NCBI GenBank assembly: GCA_900088475.1
Contig: FLMG01001397.1
Span: 1 to 64,000 of the forward strand
Source of the DNA: Hyphochytrium catenoides
Taxonomy: Eukaryota; Protista; Hyphochytriomycota
DNA length: 64,000 nt
Reading direction: 5' to 3'
Part shown: positions 34,822-47,800 of the stretch, piece after piece
How positions within the stretch are numbered: the stretch's first letter is position 1
How the letters are laid out: each line of letters starts with the position of its first letter
Program-made: the position numbers and the translations under genes
Notes under the pieces: generated by a model
What the model was told of the DNA's origin: nothing
Database searches by the model: none
What the model saw: the letters and a program-made list of their open reading frames with translations, nothing else

Positions 34822-37800
34822 CTATTTTTTCACTGGTGAGCTGAGGCGAGAGGAAGGTGCTCGCGGCGGTGTGGACGCTCGAATAGTCGTCACAGAGCGA
34901 GGTGGAGGTGCAGGTGCCGGAGAGCTCGACTGTGCAGAAGCAAAGGTTAGCCATCATTTATAGGAGCTAGCGCAGAGAGGTCCAAGCCCGACAGAAGCAG
35001 AGACAGAGAATCTCAAGCACGCGCAGAGCAGCTACGGACTCAGAGAGACATCCAAAGGACAAAGGGCGGAACAGGTAAACCAGGTCAACACATGGATGCG
35101 GTTGGTGAGGGCCTGGGGCGAAGCGATGACAAGGCCCTAGCCATCTTTTTGACGGTGGAGATTCTTCTTCTTGAAGAGAAGAAGTGTCTAAGCGCAGAGT
35201 AAGAAGAGCCGCGGGTATACAGCAGGACAATTAACAGGCACGATAGCCATATCTCGGATGACAACGTGTCAGATAGGATCAACTTACCCTTGAACCTCCC
35301 TCTATCTGCCTCTTCGCCTGGCCGAGCTCCACGGACCGGCATCTCGCAGCAAAATTGAGCGAGCACAGCGTCTCCGAAAGGTTATACATACAAGGACTGA
35401 TGTTCACGAACATGAGCACCTAAGGATAGGCAGGTCAGCGAATTCCCAAATAAAGGCCGAGGAGTAACCGGACGGGACAAGTACGGAGAGCCAGCACAAT
35501 TCGAGTAAGAAGTGATGAGACCTTAGAGTTGCCTCCCATACTGTCCTGCAGTAGGAAAGTGAGCTTGGAGTTCCTAAAGGGCACATGGCCCTTCTTTGCG
35601 GCCCCAAGCGCTTGAATGACGTCTCCTAAAGCCGAGAGCGACCTATAAAAGCAGCAAACACACGGCAGATTTAGATCACGGTCAGGAGCTAAACAAGGAA
35701 GGGAAAATATTCCGCCTCTTACCGGTTGATATTTTGAGCTTCTTTTAGCCTATCGCCGGTGGCATCCGTCTTACTGACGCGTTCGGACCCGGCAAGGTCA
35801 ATGAGGTAGAGCTTTCCGCGTACCGTAGTGTCATCGCGTTTATTCTACGTTAAGTACAGCGGGGAGATAGAGAGAGTTGTCCATAGGAGGGAGACAGGGC
35901 GGGTGAGAGAGGGACATATGGTCAATGCTGCACTGGGTGACGAGATAAGTACCGTGAAGTGTAGGACGAAGCTGAGGACAAGTAGGCGATCGAAGAGTCC
36001 GTACCTTTCCTTCCACTCTAATGCAGAGGATCATATGTGACCTGCTCGAGTATTCATTCATGTCATGGGACTACAGAGGAGTAAAGAAAGCGAGTCAGGA
36101 TCAGCATCTAGCTCCACATAGCCACAACCCATGGCCAAACCTCACTCAGCCACTCCCTCAGACCTTATCGATCTCTATTTCTGGGTATAGGTACACCATG
36201 GGGCCAGGTCTGGCAGTCAATCTCCATTCTCCTGCATCTAAGACACCCACACACTCTCTTTCACAGCCGCATTGCTAGACTCACCCCTACAGCTCTGGCG
36301 TCATTGGCCTGCGACAACAGGAGCATAACTTGCTCAATAGTGGTCACTGCTACCTCCGTCAAGTCTGGAACCATTATCCCTTCTTTGCCCTGCATTTGAA
36401 GGTTAGCTACATAATGGAACAGTGACTAGGAGCGCGTCCGCTAACTTCCACAAGCAGGTGTATTTCCAGCAGCTTACCTGCCGAATGTCAAGCTGTTTGC
36501 GATTCTCCCCTCTCTTAGGGGTCGGTGCCAGCAGGTCTCTAAGAGATTCGTTGTATATCTCCATCACCGAGAGGAGCAGCGAATATGTCCAGTCCTCAGC
36601 TCTTTCTTCCATGAGCGAAAAGAGCGATGCAATGGCTCTGGAGTTCACGCCACTGCAGAAGAAGGCAAAGTTAGCCGCAACAGCAGGAAGACACGATCAG
36701 TGGCATTCGGGCCCAGGGTAGGGGATTGGGATAAGTGAGGGAGATTGAGAAATAAATGATCAAGAGTATCTTAAACAGCGTTGAATCGAGGAAAGATGAG
36801 AGATGGCAGATACGAGGCCCTGCTAACTGGCTGGCAACCCTGCTAAGAAGGGGCTGACAGAGAAAACGAAAGGCCCATTCGAAAGAAGGTTCAGCTGAAA
36901 AGGAATGACGTACGGATTCTCAGGCGGCCCAGTGATGGTGAAGGTCTTGCCTGAACCTGTCTGTCCGTAAGCAAAGATACAGACCTATGGTCACGTGTAA
37001 GATAGGAGTGAGAAGGGTCCGACATATGAGATGTCATTTGGAGCTTGAGAAGGTAGGAGGAGAGCACAAAAACCGAGATACTTACGTTGTACCCGTCCAT
37101 AACTGAGATGATGAAGGGATGCACCTGGTCGAAGACCTGCTCCTGGGAGCTATCCCAGTCAAAGACTCGCTCAAACTCAAACTTGTTACGCGTCATATCA
37201 TCGCTGTCGCAGACAAACGGGAAAGAAAGAAGAGAAATGGTGGTTAACAAGTAGAACTCAGTACATCTGGAAGGAAAGATCAAAACAAGGGCAGCCGTAT
37301 GATCTATGAAAGGTTGTGGTTACCCTTATGCGCCGCTGGCAATCGCGTACCTCTTAATAGTCACCTCAGCTTCCGATGGAAACTCTGTTATGATGGCGTC
37401 GTCACCAGTTCTGGAGCAACAGGGCACATAAAGGGCAAAAAAAATGAAGCTGGGTGAGCAAGCAGACTGACCAACAGAGGCGAAGGTAACCACAGTTCAG
37501 TTCTACCAGCTCTCGCTAGCTGTCTGTCTTCTCTTCTCCTCTACTCTCCCCTAGAGTCTTGCTTCTTACGTACTTGCCATCTACTGGAAGCTTGGGCCGA
37601 ACTCTGCAAATCACTCGAATATTCCCTTGTAGCTCCAGCAGCTTGTTATGAATCTCGCGACGTAGAGACGCCTCCTTGGAGTACAAGATCTGCAAAGGAA
37701 TAAGGACAAGGCCCTACGCTCAGATAATCTAATACTAAGAATAGGCAAGCATACTTATTGCCTCAAGAATGATACAGGAGTGAGAATTAATAGAGCAGCT

Positions 37801-40800
37801 CAAGGGTGTAAAAGGGAAGTCTTAGCGTCCATAGCTGTGCCTCTAAGTTAAGTGTGAGACAAGACAAGGCATGACTTCCATAAGCAGAGAACGAGGAGAT
37901 ATGTAGAGGATTCTTACCCTAAACTCGTCTCTTTCAGCCTCCATTCGAGCCAGCTTCTGGCCCCAGCTCTTATCTGCTGCCGCTAGTGCCACTCGCTTCT
38001 CTTCTTCCGCCACTTTGATGGCGTCTTCGACTGCTTTTTTCCGGCTTTCCTCAAACTCTCTTTCCTTTGCTCGTTTCTCCTCCTTAGCCTTTTCCACTTC
38101 TTTCTCTGCCTCTTTGATCTTTGCCTGCAGTGCGTCCCTCTCCTTCTGGACTGCCACCCTTAGTGCTTCAGCGCCTTCATCCCTCACACTGATTGATGGT
38201 AATTGACAGGAGAAGAATCGCCCAAGCGTTAGACCCCACTTAGAGACCGTAGAAGAGTGACCGCGGGGATAGCACCGGATGGATGAGAGAACAGAGATGC
38301 TTGGCTGTATATTAGTGTACAGATGGCCTTAGACAGCAAGAAGAGGTTTCTTGATGCCAAGCCGTGAACTCTGTCTAATAACAAGTGACAGGAAAGAGAA
38401 GATGCACTGGATAACGATTGACAAGTGAGTCTCACCGCTTCATTGCATCCTCCGCCCTTTCTCTCTCCGCGGTCACTTCCTCCTATAAGTCAGAAAAGAA
38501 TAAGAGGTGTTCATTGACGCCAGATGCTAAAGCACGCCAATCTTGAATGTTCATTACCTCTGCTTTCTTCTTTAGCTGCTCTTCAGCAAATGTTCTCTCT
38601 TCAACTAGCTGTTTCCGAAGTTGTTCAAGTGCTTCCTCTTTTTCGTCTTTCGCTCTCTTATCCAGCTCGTTGGTTAGCTGCTCTTGAGCCTAAGGCAAGG
38701 AAGCAACTCTTCAACTTTCGTGCTAAACCAGCAGGGAGATAAGGGACTCCAATCCACCAACCCACTTTTCTTGGCTCACGTTTCTCTCCTTAGCCTAATC
38801 GTGACCACCCTTATAAGAAATCGAGAGCTCTCCGAGCCCTTCCCCGTTCCTACCTGCTGGAGGCGCACTTCTGCCTCCTTCTTAGCTTCCTCAAGCATCT
38901 CAGTCAGCCTCTGTTGGGCTTCCGCCGCTGCTTTTGACAATGCCTGAGGAATGTATGTAAACTCAGTTTAGTCTTGTGGCAGAGAGATTTATTATCGAAG
39001 GCGTCTACGGGGAAGTCTCATGTTGTCAAACGGGGTCGCCACAAGCAATCGTCCGGTCAAGCAGGAATACTCTAATTAGTTCCTTACATTCTCAACTAAG
39101 GTATGCGCCTTGCCTTCCCATTCTCCGTTTAGTTGCTCTGTCAGTCTGCTTTTGAGCTGCAACACGCGCAACCGATTAAAGTCAATTTGCATTGAGGCAG
39201 AACTACTAAAGGAGGATAGCAAGGGCAAGGAAGGAAAGCGGGGAGAGAGGAAGGTATGAAGCTGCTACTATGCCCAGAGCCTAGTGAACAGCATATCGAA
39301 AAAAGGACAGGCTCATTACGGTCGCACCTCATCAAGAGCTCTTTCTTTCTCCTCATCCTTTTCTCTTTCCTTCCCCTCTAAAGCTTTTTGCTTCTCTGCA
39401 TCCTTGAGTCTTTCTGTCTCCTGAAGAGCAGCCTTTCGCTCCCTCTCCGCCTGTTCCTTGGCTTCGTTAAGAACCTGCTGGACTGTGCCTTGGGAATCCT
39501 TCGATACGCTTAAAAGTGCAGTTTCATGCTCTTTCTTCAACAGCACTGTTAAATAGCAGAGAGTTTTAGACAGTTAACTGAGGTGTACTTTTTTCCCGCT
39601 CAGATAGATAGCGGGTACTCTAGCTAGCCCTGACGTGCTAGATTACCTAGCTCATTTCTATGGTCCTCTCTCAGCTGATCCAACTGTCTTTTGAGCTCGT
39701 TCTGCTCTCCTTCAGCCTTTGCCTGAGAAATTGAAGGTCCAATGAGCTGGATAAGCTAAGGTGAGGCCCCGACAATCCACGGACACAGTTACCTTATCTG
39801 CTTCTAGGGTCCGTTTGACCTTCTCTAACTCCTCCACCAACGAGGCCGATGAGGAATTGCTCTCACCTGAAGGTGGAGACACGCAACGATGTTTAGAAGC
39901 GATTCGTCAAGAGTCCCAAAGCTTAGAAAGGGAGAGAACTGACGAACTCCGTACATGAGCCCAGTGAACAAGTCCGGACTTTTTAATCTTCCAAGGGAGG
40001 TAAAGGTAACGTACTAGTCAGCGCACTGATTTTTGCTTCGTACTCGGTCTTCAAGGCAGCAATTCTTCTCTCCGCATCCTCCCGCAAAGAATGTACTTCT
40101 GCCTCCATAGCTCCTGTTTTTCGACAGCTCAGTAGACGTTGCCCAGCTTGCCCTTGTAGTACCGCCCTTTCGCTATTGTTATAGTTCAAAGGCCAAAGAC
40201 GACTGCACCTCTAAGCTAAACCCTCTTTAGCAGCCGCGGCTCCCATGTTTAACCCAAAACCTACCTCCTGAGGTCGATGCTCGTTTCTAAGGATAATATG
40301 GTCAACGGGCAAATAATGACATGGGCGAGACATGAAGGTATAAAGAGGAAAGGATGAGTACACTCGTGTTAGACGTCAAAGAACAGCAAGGAGTATAAGG
40401 GCGACATGTGGCTGGGCCCCAGCCAACCCATACCGAGTGGGCGAGTTGTGGGTTAAACATAGTCCATTGCCTTCATCGGTTGCAATCGTTGAGCGATATT
40501 TCTTAACTCTTACGTACCGTCAATTCAGCCTCCAGCTCTACTACTCGCGCCTTTAGTCGCTGTTTCTCGCTATCTTGATCATCATCTTCTGCGTTACGTT
40601 CTTTAACTGGCTCAGCAGCGGTCTGAGTAGGCCCTCCGCCACCCTGTGAGGCCCGTCGAGTAAGCTTGAGCTCCATCAGCTCCGCTTTTGCCTTTGCTAA
40701 CTGCTCCTCTACATAAGAGAGTTGCGCAGAATCCACCTATCAGATGCACACACGGAACCACACAGGGGTCAGATTACCCAAGGGCCAACTGATAGCGTCT

Positions 40801-42619
40801 TCTATCCCATCCCACTAAAGAAAGGACACACAGAGTGTGCGACAGAGGCAGACGACGACAGAGTGCGACAGCAGCCAGATTGGAGACTTCTACTTCGACC
40901 TCCAATTCCCTCATCAAACTACCTTCGAGACGCCCCGCCTCTCCTTAGTGATGTCCTGTTCTTGCTCAAGAAGCCGAAGAAGGTTCTCTTCCTGAGTCTT
41001 GACCTTAAGCACCAGGCTTTCATTCTCAAGCCTTAGACGCTAATGGCGACGTGGAAGTTAGAGCAAGAACAAAAATGATGGAGAGCGTCCCCGTAGGAGA
41101 GGCAGGAATGTGTCAGCGCAGCTGCTGGGAACATAAAAACCAGCTAATTAGGAGAGCGTCTATACCGCTCACTGCTTAGACCAGTCGCAGTATGGCACGA
41201 AATTCTCCTACTCTCTAGAAGTCCAGCAGGGAGCGATATGAGAGGAGGAAGTATAATCAAGTCCCCCTTGTACAAGAAGCGGGGTCACGATATGCAGAAC
41301 GGGAGAGAGCTCGTAGACATTCCTAAGCTAGCGGAGGCTTTGGTAGCGTCCCAAAGACGAACCTTTAGCTGTGCAGCGTCCACTTCCGCTTGCGCCGAGC
41401 TGTCAGCGGCCAACTTATTGTACTCTGCAACCAGCTGGTCCAGAGCCTCAGCTTCCGTCTAAAAATAGAGCTTGTCAGTAACCCTGTTTGCCTACATCAT
41501 GTCCTCTTTTCTCTCTCTTCTCTCTTTCAGTTCGCGTGGGATCTCCGGTGTGACTGACAGTCCTCTACCTTCTCTTTATCGTCCTGATTCCTCTCCGCCA
41601 GAAGAGCCTGAATCTGATGTTCTTTGCTCTTGAGCTGTACGGTCAGTTCTTCCCTTTCTCTTTCAAATTCAGCCATCTTGTTCTCTTGATGCACTTTGTG
41701 GGCAGACAGCTCTGTTTTTATACTAATAAGTTCACGCAGCCGCACTTCCCAGGCCTGGGTAAGAGACAGAGACAAACAAGTGGAGGTCAATGACTGAGGA
41801 CCCGCTTATAGGCAGAGGACAAACACATTCACGAGATCAAAGAATAATAGGTAGTATGCTAAGGAGCGGCCCTGTGCTGATGAGGATGTGTGTGGTCAAT
41901 GGCGAGAGCCAGGCCCTTTGATTAAGAGGAACCATCGGCTCAACTTCATTTGGCAAGATCGGACCATAGGACGCACCTCCAATGTCTCCTGCAGCTCCCG
42001 GTTCCTTTCTCGCAGTCGTCGAGCTTTTTCCTCTGTCAACGATGCTCCTGTTGCCGTACATTGCCGGTACATAGTCAGTCCTTTTCCGTCCTGATACTTC
42101 CTTTCTCCTTCTTTCCCCATCTGCGCGACAATCTACAATCTATGTCACGTTCTCTGGGTACGATCTCCCTCCTTACCATCTTCTCCCTCTTCCTCTTCTG
42201 GAACCGCCACAGTGCTTGAGCGCTTCTTCGCTGTCTCTTCAGGCAGAGGTTGGCCGGTAGCTTCATGCCACTTGCTCTTCCATTCTGCCAGCTCTCGCTA
42301 CGCTCCGACAATCATACAATCAGAGGGAACAAGAAGGCCTGATAAGGCACGAAGGCGGTAAGGTAGACTTGGTAGCCCTCACCTCCTTCTCAATTACAAG
42401 CTTCTGGAACTCTCTGGTGACGTTGAGCTGTTCAAACTGCAAATCTAGCACCATCTTTTTGTACAGCTCCGCCTCTTCCAGCGCTGTCGCTCTTCTTTCC
42501 TCCTCCTCCGCATGCTGCTGAGCTGAGTGTGCAATCTCCTCACTAACCTCTGCAAGCGCCGTCTTCACTTGCTTAAATCCGTCCACGGCCGTGTTAGCCA
42601 GTCGAGTGATGGTGAACAT
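34822..42619 (-). CDS. Kinesin-14 family protein (C-terminal motor) with long N-terminal coiled coil; many exons
   Basis: Neck [14 protein letters not shown] (~37600-37640), [97 protein letters not shown]. The coiled-coil exons at 37.9-42.6 kb are assumed to belong to the same gene; the last exon is inferred. Confidence 0.88.
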
Positions 42620-44095
42620 GTTGTTAGCCCCTAATCAAGCCTCAACCTGACGCTCCACTTCTGCCGGGCTGGGCCCTCAACAGCAACGACAGATCTTGAA
42701 GAAGCCAGATCGCCCGCTATAACCTCGACTGTCCCTTATAGATTGGGCGGACTCGATGACTATTGACGAAGCCGGAAGATTGAGAAGAAAGGGCCAATCT
42801 CGGGGTGCCAAGGTCCTCTTTCTTCAGGTCCTGCTTTGGCTGGTGAGCTTCATGAAGTCCGTGCGTCCCCGATGATGAGCCTTGTGCCTGTCTGTCCGTT
42901 GGGTTGGAAGTGACCGATGCCCTACCAACAGACAACGAAAACTCAAAGAAGAAAACTCCAGACTGATTCTCCTGCCTCTATAAATGCCGTTACCGGTAGC
43001 CTGGAGAGCAAGGTCTTCCGCTAACGGCTAGCTCGCATAGGCCCAGGTGGGGTCGGTGGTTTCATAGGTTGGGAGGAGGAGGAGGAGGAGGAGCGCTGTG
43101 GCTGAGGATCTTAGCTTCTGATGATGAGGATGGACGATTGTCAATGATGATGATGATGACTAGCAGAATGAAGAAGGGAGCAGCAAGGGTTGAAGAAGCA
43201 TGAAGGAAGAAGAGGCACGCATGGCCGGAGCCTCTGCCTTCTTCATGATTGACTAGCAGCTGTCGCTCCTGCCCCATTATTGGACGGAGGGTGGCTGCTT
43301 GAATGGTTGGAGCTCGTCGGGCGGCGGGCGGCAAGCCTCCCACCAATTGTTTCCTTCAACCACGCGCAGCTATTTATAGACCCCAGGGCGGTCGAGAAAG
43401 GTGACCAGCAGTAAAAGAAAGCAAGATGAAGTTTCAATTTGTTGGGGTGGCTCTTCTTCGTCGCTCTTGCCTTGTTGGCAACAAGAAGGCGACAGATTGC
43501 AGCGCACAGCAGTAGCAGCTGCATTACTAGTGCCACAAGGGTAACTAAGAAGGAATGCTCGGATGCTCCCATCATGATATATTCCTCCTCAGCACTGCGT
43601 GTTCGTATCCCTAATGATCAACATCTGCCCGTAATGAGGACGAGCTGTGGCTCTTGGTCTGCTCACTTCCTATTATCGCACTCTTGAAGGAGGGCTACTC
43701 ATCTTCATTAAAAAAAAGAAGCTTAAGAGATAGTCGGTAAGAAGACAGCTGTCGTGTGACGCAACAGTCCTTAGAAGAAGAAAGAAAGGAGTTTCCCGCA
43801 GCCAAAAACGCTGTTTGTGTCTGTTGCCTATTATCCTGCCGTCGACAGGATCTATGGGAAGGGTAAACGTCACTACGGAGCCCTCCACCTCCTCAGAACC
43901 TCCGTATATCCATCCCTTGTCAAATCTCAGGCTAACTCTTCCTTGCTTCCGCTGACAAGAAGCCAACAAACTGTCCGTCTGTATTGTATAAGAGACAGGT
44001 AGACATCAATCTATGTTATTACGGGGAACATCAATAGTTGGATAGAGACAGAGATCTGATCCGTGCAACATTGGCCAGGGCGGAGTCCCTATATT

Positions 44096-45583
44096 TCACA
44101 CCCTTTCGTCTCCAGGATGCTCTCGCACTGGCTCCGAACCAGCTATCATTGGCGATTTATAGTGACCTACTATCGCACTGTTCACTATCCCTTCTTCTTC
44201 AGAACTTGTTAATGAAGAGGTTCCGGCGGCGTCCTGTGCCAGTTGACGATGATGGGACACTCTAAAATCCTGCTCCACTGCGCTATCTCGTGTCCCTTCC
44301 TCCCCACCGGCTCCCATATTAGACGCCGATCTGCCTTTGTTGGGTCTCCAGAAGATGATCACAGAGGCTAAAAGTACCATAAAGAGGATAAAATCAGTCA
44401 GCATCACGGGAAGGGTTGTGCGGCTCGACGAAAGACATCTGGTATCCCATGTATCGGATTTGGCAGTACCGTTGCTGACGCTGCATTTTGCGTAGTAGAC
44501 CCAAGCATCAACGCCTATTCGAGGCTTGCCTACCGCCATAAGGACAGCGATGCTGACAGTCGTCAAGACAAGAAGCAACTCTAAGGTCATATAGAGTAGC
44601 AATGAGCGGGCAACCCAGGAGAGGCGGCTGTAAGACTGAAGAGGGCTGACCCAAAGCCGCCACCGCCCAGAGTGCTTATCTACGGCGTCCACAACGGGGC
44701 TTACGAGAGGGACATCAGGCCCTTCTGACTGCTTCTTCTGCTGAAGCTTTCGCAATACCGCCGCAGCGCTTGGAACGTCGTCCGTTGGATAACGTGAGGA
44801 CTGCTCAACCATGATCTCTAGAGCTTCATGTTGACGAACATGGCGGAATAGGATGACAGACAGCGTCATAAAGCTCACTAGAGAACCTGCGAAGAACATC
44901 ATACAGCCAAACCGGAGCAGGAGCGAAGGATGGTGCCTCGGAGCCATTATGGACGCCATAAAGAGAAGCGTCATCGAAGACAGGGACACCGCGAAGGTCG
45001 TCCAAGATCCCCTACGAATCTTCCTTGCCCTGGCGCTGACAATTTGCAGCCCTTCCACAAGGGCTTGGCCATTCGCTGCAGAAGATCTTTGGTTGTTACC
45101 TGCTACTACTGAACCCGAGGGAGAGAGCCTCCTACTACCTCCCACGACGTTCCCTCCTTCTTCAATCACGTTGACAGCCTCCAGCTCCCTGACAGCAAGA
45201 ATCACAGTGGTAGACCATCTTCGGAGAGCTATTGCGAGGCTGGAGACGACGCAAAAGATGTAAATCCACTGGAGCAGAGACACGACGGGATATGGAAGCA
45301 CAGCTCCATGAGCAAAGGGGTCAATCCCTCTAAGGATCAACACTGCAAAGCCCAAAAGGGCAACGACCACCATCCTCTTCTGGACCTTGCTACCGCCTTC
45401 GCAGTGTATCTTGAGCCATTGGTAGAGGGTAATGGCAACACCTAGAAGGCCCAGGAGAGAGTATAGGAGCTTTTGCTTGAGATATTCATCAATGATAACA
45501 TCGCTGAACGCCGTCTGACAGTCAGATCCCACTTTGGCGTAACTGCACGGGAAGTCCTGGACGCGGGACGACGTGCTTCCCAT
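44096..45583 (-). CDS. Seven-TM-like membrane protein (GPCR-like), intronless
   Basis: 495-aa ORF with about 7 hydrophobic segments, an N-terminal Cys pair, LRGIDPF after TM2 and a Cys pair in the last loop. Confidence 0.75.
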   Translation of the reverse strand: MGSTSSRVQDFPCSYAKVGSDCQTAFSDVIIDEYLKQKLLYSLLGLLGVAITLYQWLKIHCEGGSKVQKRMVVVALLGFAVLILRGIDPFAHGAVLPYPVVSLLQWIYIFCVVSSLAIALRRWSTTVILAVRELEAVNVIEEGGNVVGGSRRLSPSGSVVAGNNQRSSAANGQALVEGLQIVSARARKIRRGSWTTFAVSLSSMTLLFMASIMAPRHHPSLLLRFGCMMFFAGSLVSFMTLSVILFRHVRQHEALEIMVEQSSRYPTDDVPSAAAVLRKLQQKKQSEGPDVPLVSPVVDAVDKHSGRWRLWVSPLQSYSRLSWVARSLLLYMTLELLLVLTTVSIAVLMAVGKPRIGVDAWVYYAKCSVSNGTAKSDTWDTRCLSSSRTTLPVMLTDFILFMVLLASVIIFWRPNKGRSASNMGAGGEEGTRDSAVEQDFRVSHHRQLAQDAAGTSSLTSSEEEGIVNSAIVGHYKSPMIAGSEPVREHPGDERV

Positions 45584-47569
45584 GCTTCCCGCTTTTCTTC
45601 AGCAGATTTATGATCCACTTCAAAGCTCCGCCAGTACCAGAAGAGTATGATGCAGCGTAGTCGGTTCTTAGAGTGACTTCTCTCTCGTAGATGTGCGCAT
45701 CCTCTGCTGATCTACGGTGAAGGCGTACCCTCGCCAACGCCAGTAGTTCTTGTCAACACTTAGAGCTTTTGTTTTTAATCTGGGCAAGTCATTCCCGTCA
45801 AAGCGCCTTTCTCTACAATGTCTCCTGCCTATCACGACGTGGCCCCTTGTTCCTATCAGGAGCAGTGATTGCCGTTAGCGCGTCTCCGTTGGAGCGTACT
45901 GGACGCTAGTCATAGCCACTAGGCACATTAGACTAGCAAGACCTTCCCAAGGGTTTATGGCCCCGTAGTGGCGGAATATGGAAGATGTTGCACAATGCTG
46001 AAAACAATGCCAAGCTCTGCTACAGAACAGAAGAGTCCTTACAGAGATTGTGACGCAGTGTGAATCCTGTTTGACGAGTGCAGTCAAAGAGCTTAGTGGG
46101 AGCTTTCCCTCTCTAAATGACTGCGTGAGAATTTGGGGCCTAGCTTGTTGAGCACAAGGACAGCAAAGATGGCGAGACTGAGCGTTGGAGAGCTTTCTTC
46201 TGCTTTCTTTCCTCTCTAAGAGTAAGTACTACGCGCCAGTCGCCACCACATCTTCATGATCCAGCCTGCCTGGAGTTCTACCCGTCAGAAGCGGTGCAAG
46301 GTGATGACGCCATAGACCCATCTTCTCCGCCTTTCTATTGTCTTCACCCTACTGCACACTCATAGTAGCACCATTTGTCTCCCTGTTCTCTATCGTTGAC
46401 GTTGACTTCCCCTTCTGCCTTCCTCCTCCTCCTCCTCTGTACCACCTGAATCCTTCGACCCGTCGTCCCCTCTCTTCTATTGCTTTGTCCTCCTCCTCCT
46501 GATGCTAGGAATAGTTCTAAGGCCTGCTGAGAGCTTCTTCTTTCCCTTTGGCTTGGTTCTTGATTCCTCTGCCATAGCCCAAGCTGCTGACGCTGCTCCA
46601 GAGTTCCAGTTCCGAACCGCCTGTTTAACTTCTGGTGCGCGCTGTCCCCCCCCCCCATGATGATGCGCCGGCCATAACCGTTAGCGACTCTGTCAGGAGA
46701 GAGGATCATAGGGCCAAATTATTTCTGGGGTCCCAGAGCGCCCACCTCACCCCCTGGTCCAACCCTGAAGATAGACCGCTAGTTACAGATAAAGTGCAAT
46801 CCGTCGGTGGAAGTTACTCCATGATCCTCTGAGCTGATCTAATCCTAAGCCGGACCTTTGACCGGACGTCCAACTGCCTAAGAAATTCTACGTGTCCAAT
46901 ACACCTCGCAGGTGGCCCACCGCTCCAACTTTTTAATATTTCATTCCTTGTATAATTTCCTCACAGCGAATCAAAGACTCCTGTCAGTCTACATTGATGA
47001 ATTTAAAACTTCGCCAGGCAATTGAAATAATGAAAAGCTCCTGCAAATAACACAAAGGAGAGAGAGGCGGAGGAGGACAAGGAAAGCTCGACTTCTGGTG
47101 ATTATTCCCGCGCCAGGGCAGGGGCGGTGGGTCCTCTATAAGAGCGCGTGGCCGTCCAAAGTCGCGACAATAATTGATCCTTTCTCTATCTTTCTCCTCG
47201 TTCTTGCGTCTTCCTTCGTTCTTCAACTGGTGCAGGAGCGCTCCCTGCTGGTTGCTGATGAGTAGAGAACGAAAGAGATGTGAAGAAGCCAGCATAATAG
47301 AACTAGGAACTAGTAGGAAGCATGGGCTATGGAAAGAGAAAGGTTTAGTGTCGTTCTTCCTCTCTACTATGACAGAACTGAAGGACAAGAAGCGAGAGTG
47401 GGCGATGGCCATACTAGTCCTATAATAATACTTTAGTCATTAGAGGCTTGTTGGTGAGGGACAGAGCGAGTACTGAGTTGTGAGTTGAAGAAGACGAAGT
47501 CGATAAGTGGTACAAGCCAAAGTGGAAGGGAAACTGAGATGACCAAACAATAACCTGAACAGAGAGGAT

Positions 47570-47800
47570 TATTACTGAACACTGGAAGTAGCACACCTTA
47601 CTGGATGAGTGATTACCCATGAGTTTTGGGCATTCCTGGTTACTGGATGAGTAACCCATGTTCTATGAGTACAACAGTAGTTTCGGCTTACATATCCCAT
47701 GAGTTTATAAGAGTAGTGCGTACATTGCCTTGAACTCTCAGTTACTTCATTCCTCAAATTTTTTTCGAGCTTATTATCCTACTCTGAGTACTTTTCCAGC
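47570..47800. repeat. Short degenerate subrepeats (tactggatgagt..acccatg), transposon-end-like
   Basis: tactggatgagtgattacccatgagt (47599), tactggatgagtaacccatg (47641), cccatgagttt (47696). Confidence 0.55.
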
